DNA from: Chrysomallon squamiferum
Lineage: Eukaryota; Animalia; Mollusca
Direction of reading: 5' to 3'
Assembly: GCA_012295275.1 (NCBI GenBank)
Contig: CM022674.1
Location: forward strand, 10,478,001 to 10,542,000
Length of the DNA stretch: 64,000 bases
The first letter of the stretch is position 1. The number at the start of each line of letters is the position of its first letter. The notes beneath the pieces were generated by a model. The model worked only from the letters and a program-made list of their open reading frames with translations, had not been told where the DNA came from and made no database searches. The position numbers were made by a program, and so were the translations under genes. Below, piece by piece: positions 63,384 to 64,000 of the stretch.

Positions 63384-63619
63384 TGGAATTATTTATTTAT
63401 TTTTATTTGCAGGATGTGGTTAATAAGCTGAAAAGTAAATATAATTTTGAGCTGAATTTCTCTGGCATAAACCAGCTGACAGATGCAGTGTTTGCAACAC
63501 TGCTAAAGCTACATGATGGAGGTTTTGACAATGTGATGAAGATAAATCTGACAGGATGTTACCACATCTCAGACAGAGGGGTGTTCTGGCTTACAGTTTG
63601 TTTTAAAAATCTTCACTCA
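62666..63619 (+). CDS. 5' part of a protein with cysteine-containing (F-box/AMN1-type) leucine-rich repeats; continues off window
   Basis: Exon 62666-63088 (CAG|GTAAGA) joins exon 63413-63619 (TCA|GTAAGT) in phase 0; LNFSGINQLTD and INLTGCYHISDRGV match the LRR_CC pattern. Confidence 0.7.
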
Positions 63620-63785
63620 GTAAGTGAAACAGTTCATCACAGAGAAATTGTAGCTAGTGTTTTTAAAAAATTAAGCAATTCTATTAGGATACATGACACA
63701 CAGCTTTGTTACTTACCCTTTTTTTTAAATGTGTTAACATGGTATAGAAGTTGATATTTTTCAAATGTGGTGTAATTTATGTTAC

Positions 63786-63868
<83 letters not shown>

Positions 63869-64000
63869 CACCCACCCACACATACATCATGGGAGTTAAA
63901 AAATTAACTGTTGTGTACTTTTATATCATATGATTTGAATAAAAATTAATGTTTACTTTGTAGACAAAATATATTTGTTTCTAACTGTCAAATGTCATCT

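Overview
AT-rich, microsatellite-dense, intron-containing animal DNA. The gene families point to a lophotrochozoan, probably a gastropod mollusc (inference; the species cannot be read from sequence). I found no prokaryotic operons, CRISPR arrays, rRNA or tRNA genes. Hand-spliced contents, left to right: (1) a minus-strand type-I membrane receptor with signal peptide, two tandem Cys-rich domains, Thr stalk, TM helix and a tyrosine-motif tail running off the left edge; (2) a truncated PAN+fibrinogen gene nested antisense in its intron; (3) a KRBA2/SCAND3-like (Ginger2-type) transposon relic; (4) a ~7 kb I-group LINE with RNase H, flanked by a 154-bp direct repeat; (5) a second PAN+fibrinogen pseudogene with a minisatellite derived from its own stop-codon region; (6) a disabled ZnF-WWE-PARP (H-Y-I type) with an out-of-frame C-terminal CaaX box; (7) MULE fragments; (8) a tyrosine decarboxylase pseudogene; (9) an unidentified decayed ORF; (10) a disabled nSTAND3-like NTPase-ankyrin (NLR-like) gene with a small exon carrying a RHIM-like amyloid motif; (11) the start of an LRR gene. 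Almost every host gene carries inactivating lesions. The best candidate for an undescribed system is the RHIM-like + STAND + ankyrin architecture. All splicing and alignment was done by eye and no database searches were run.
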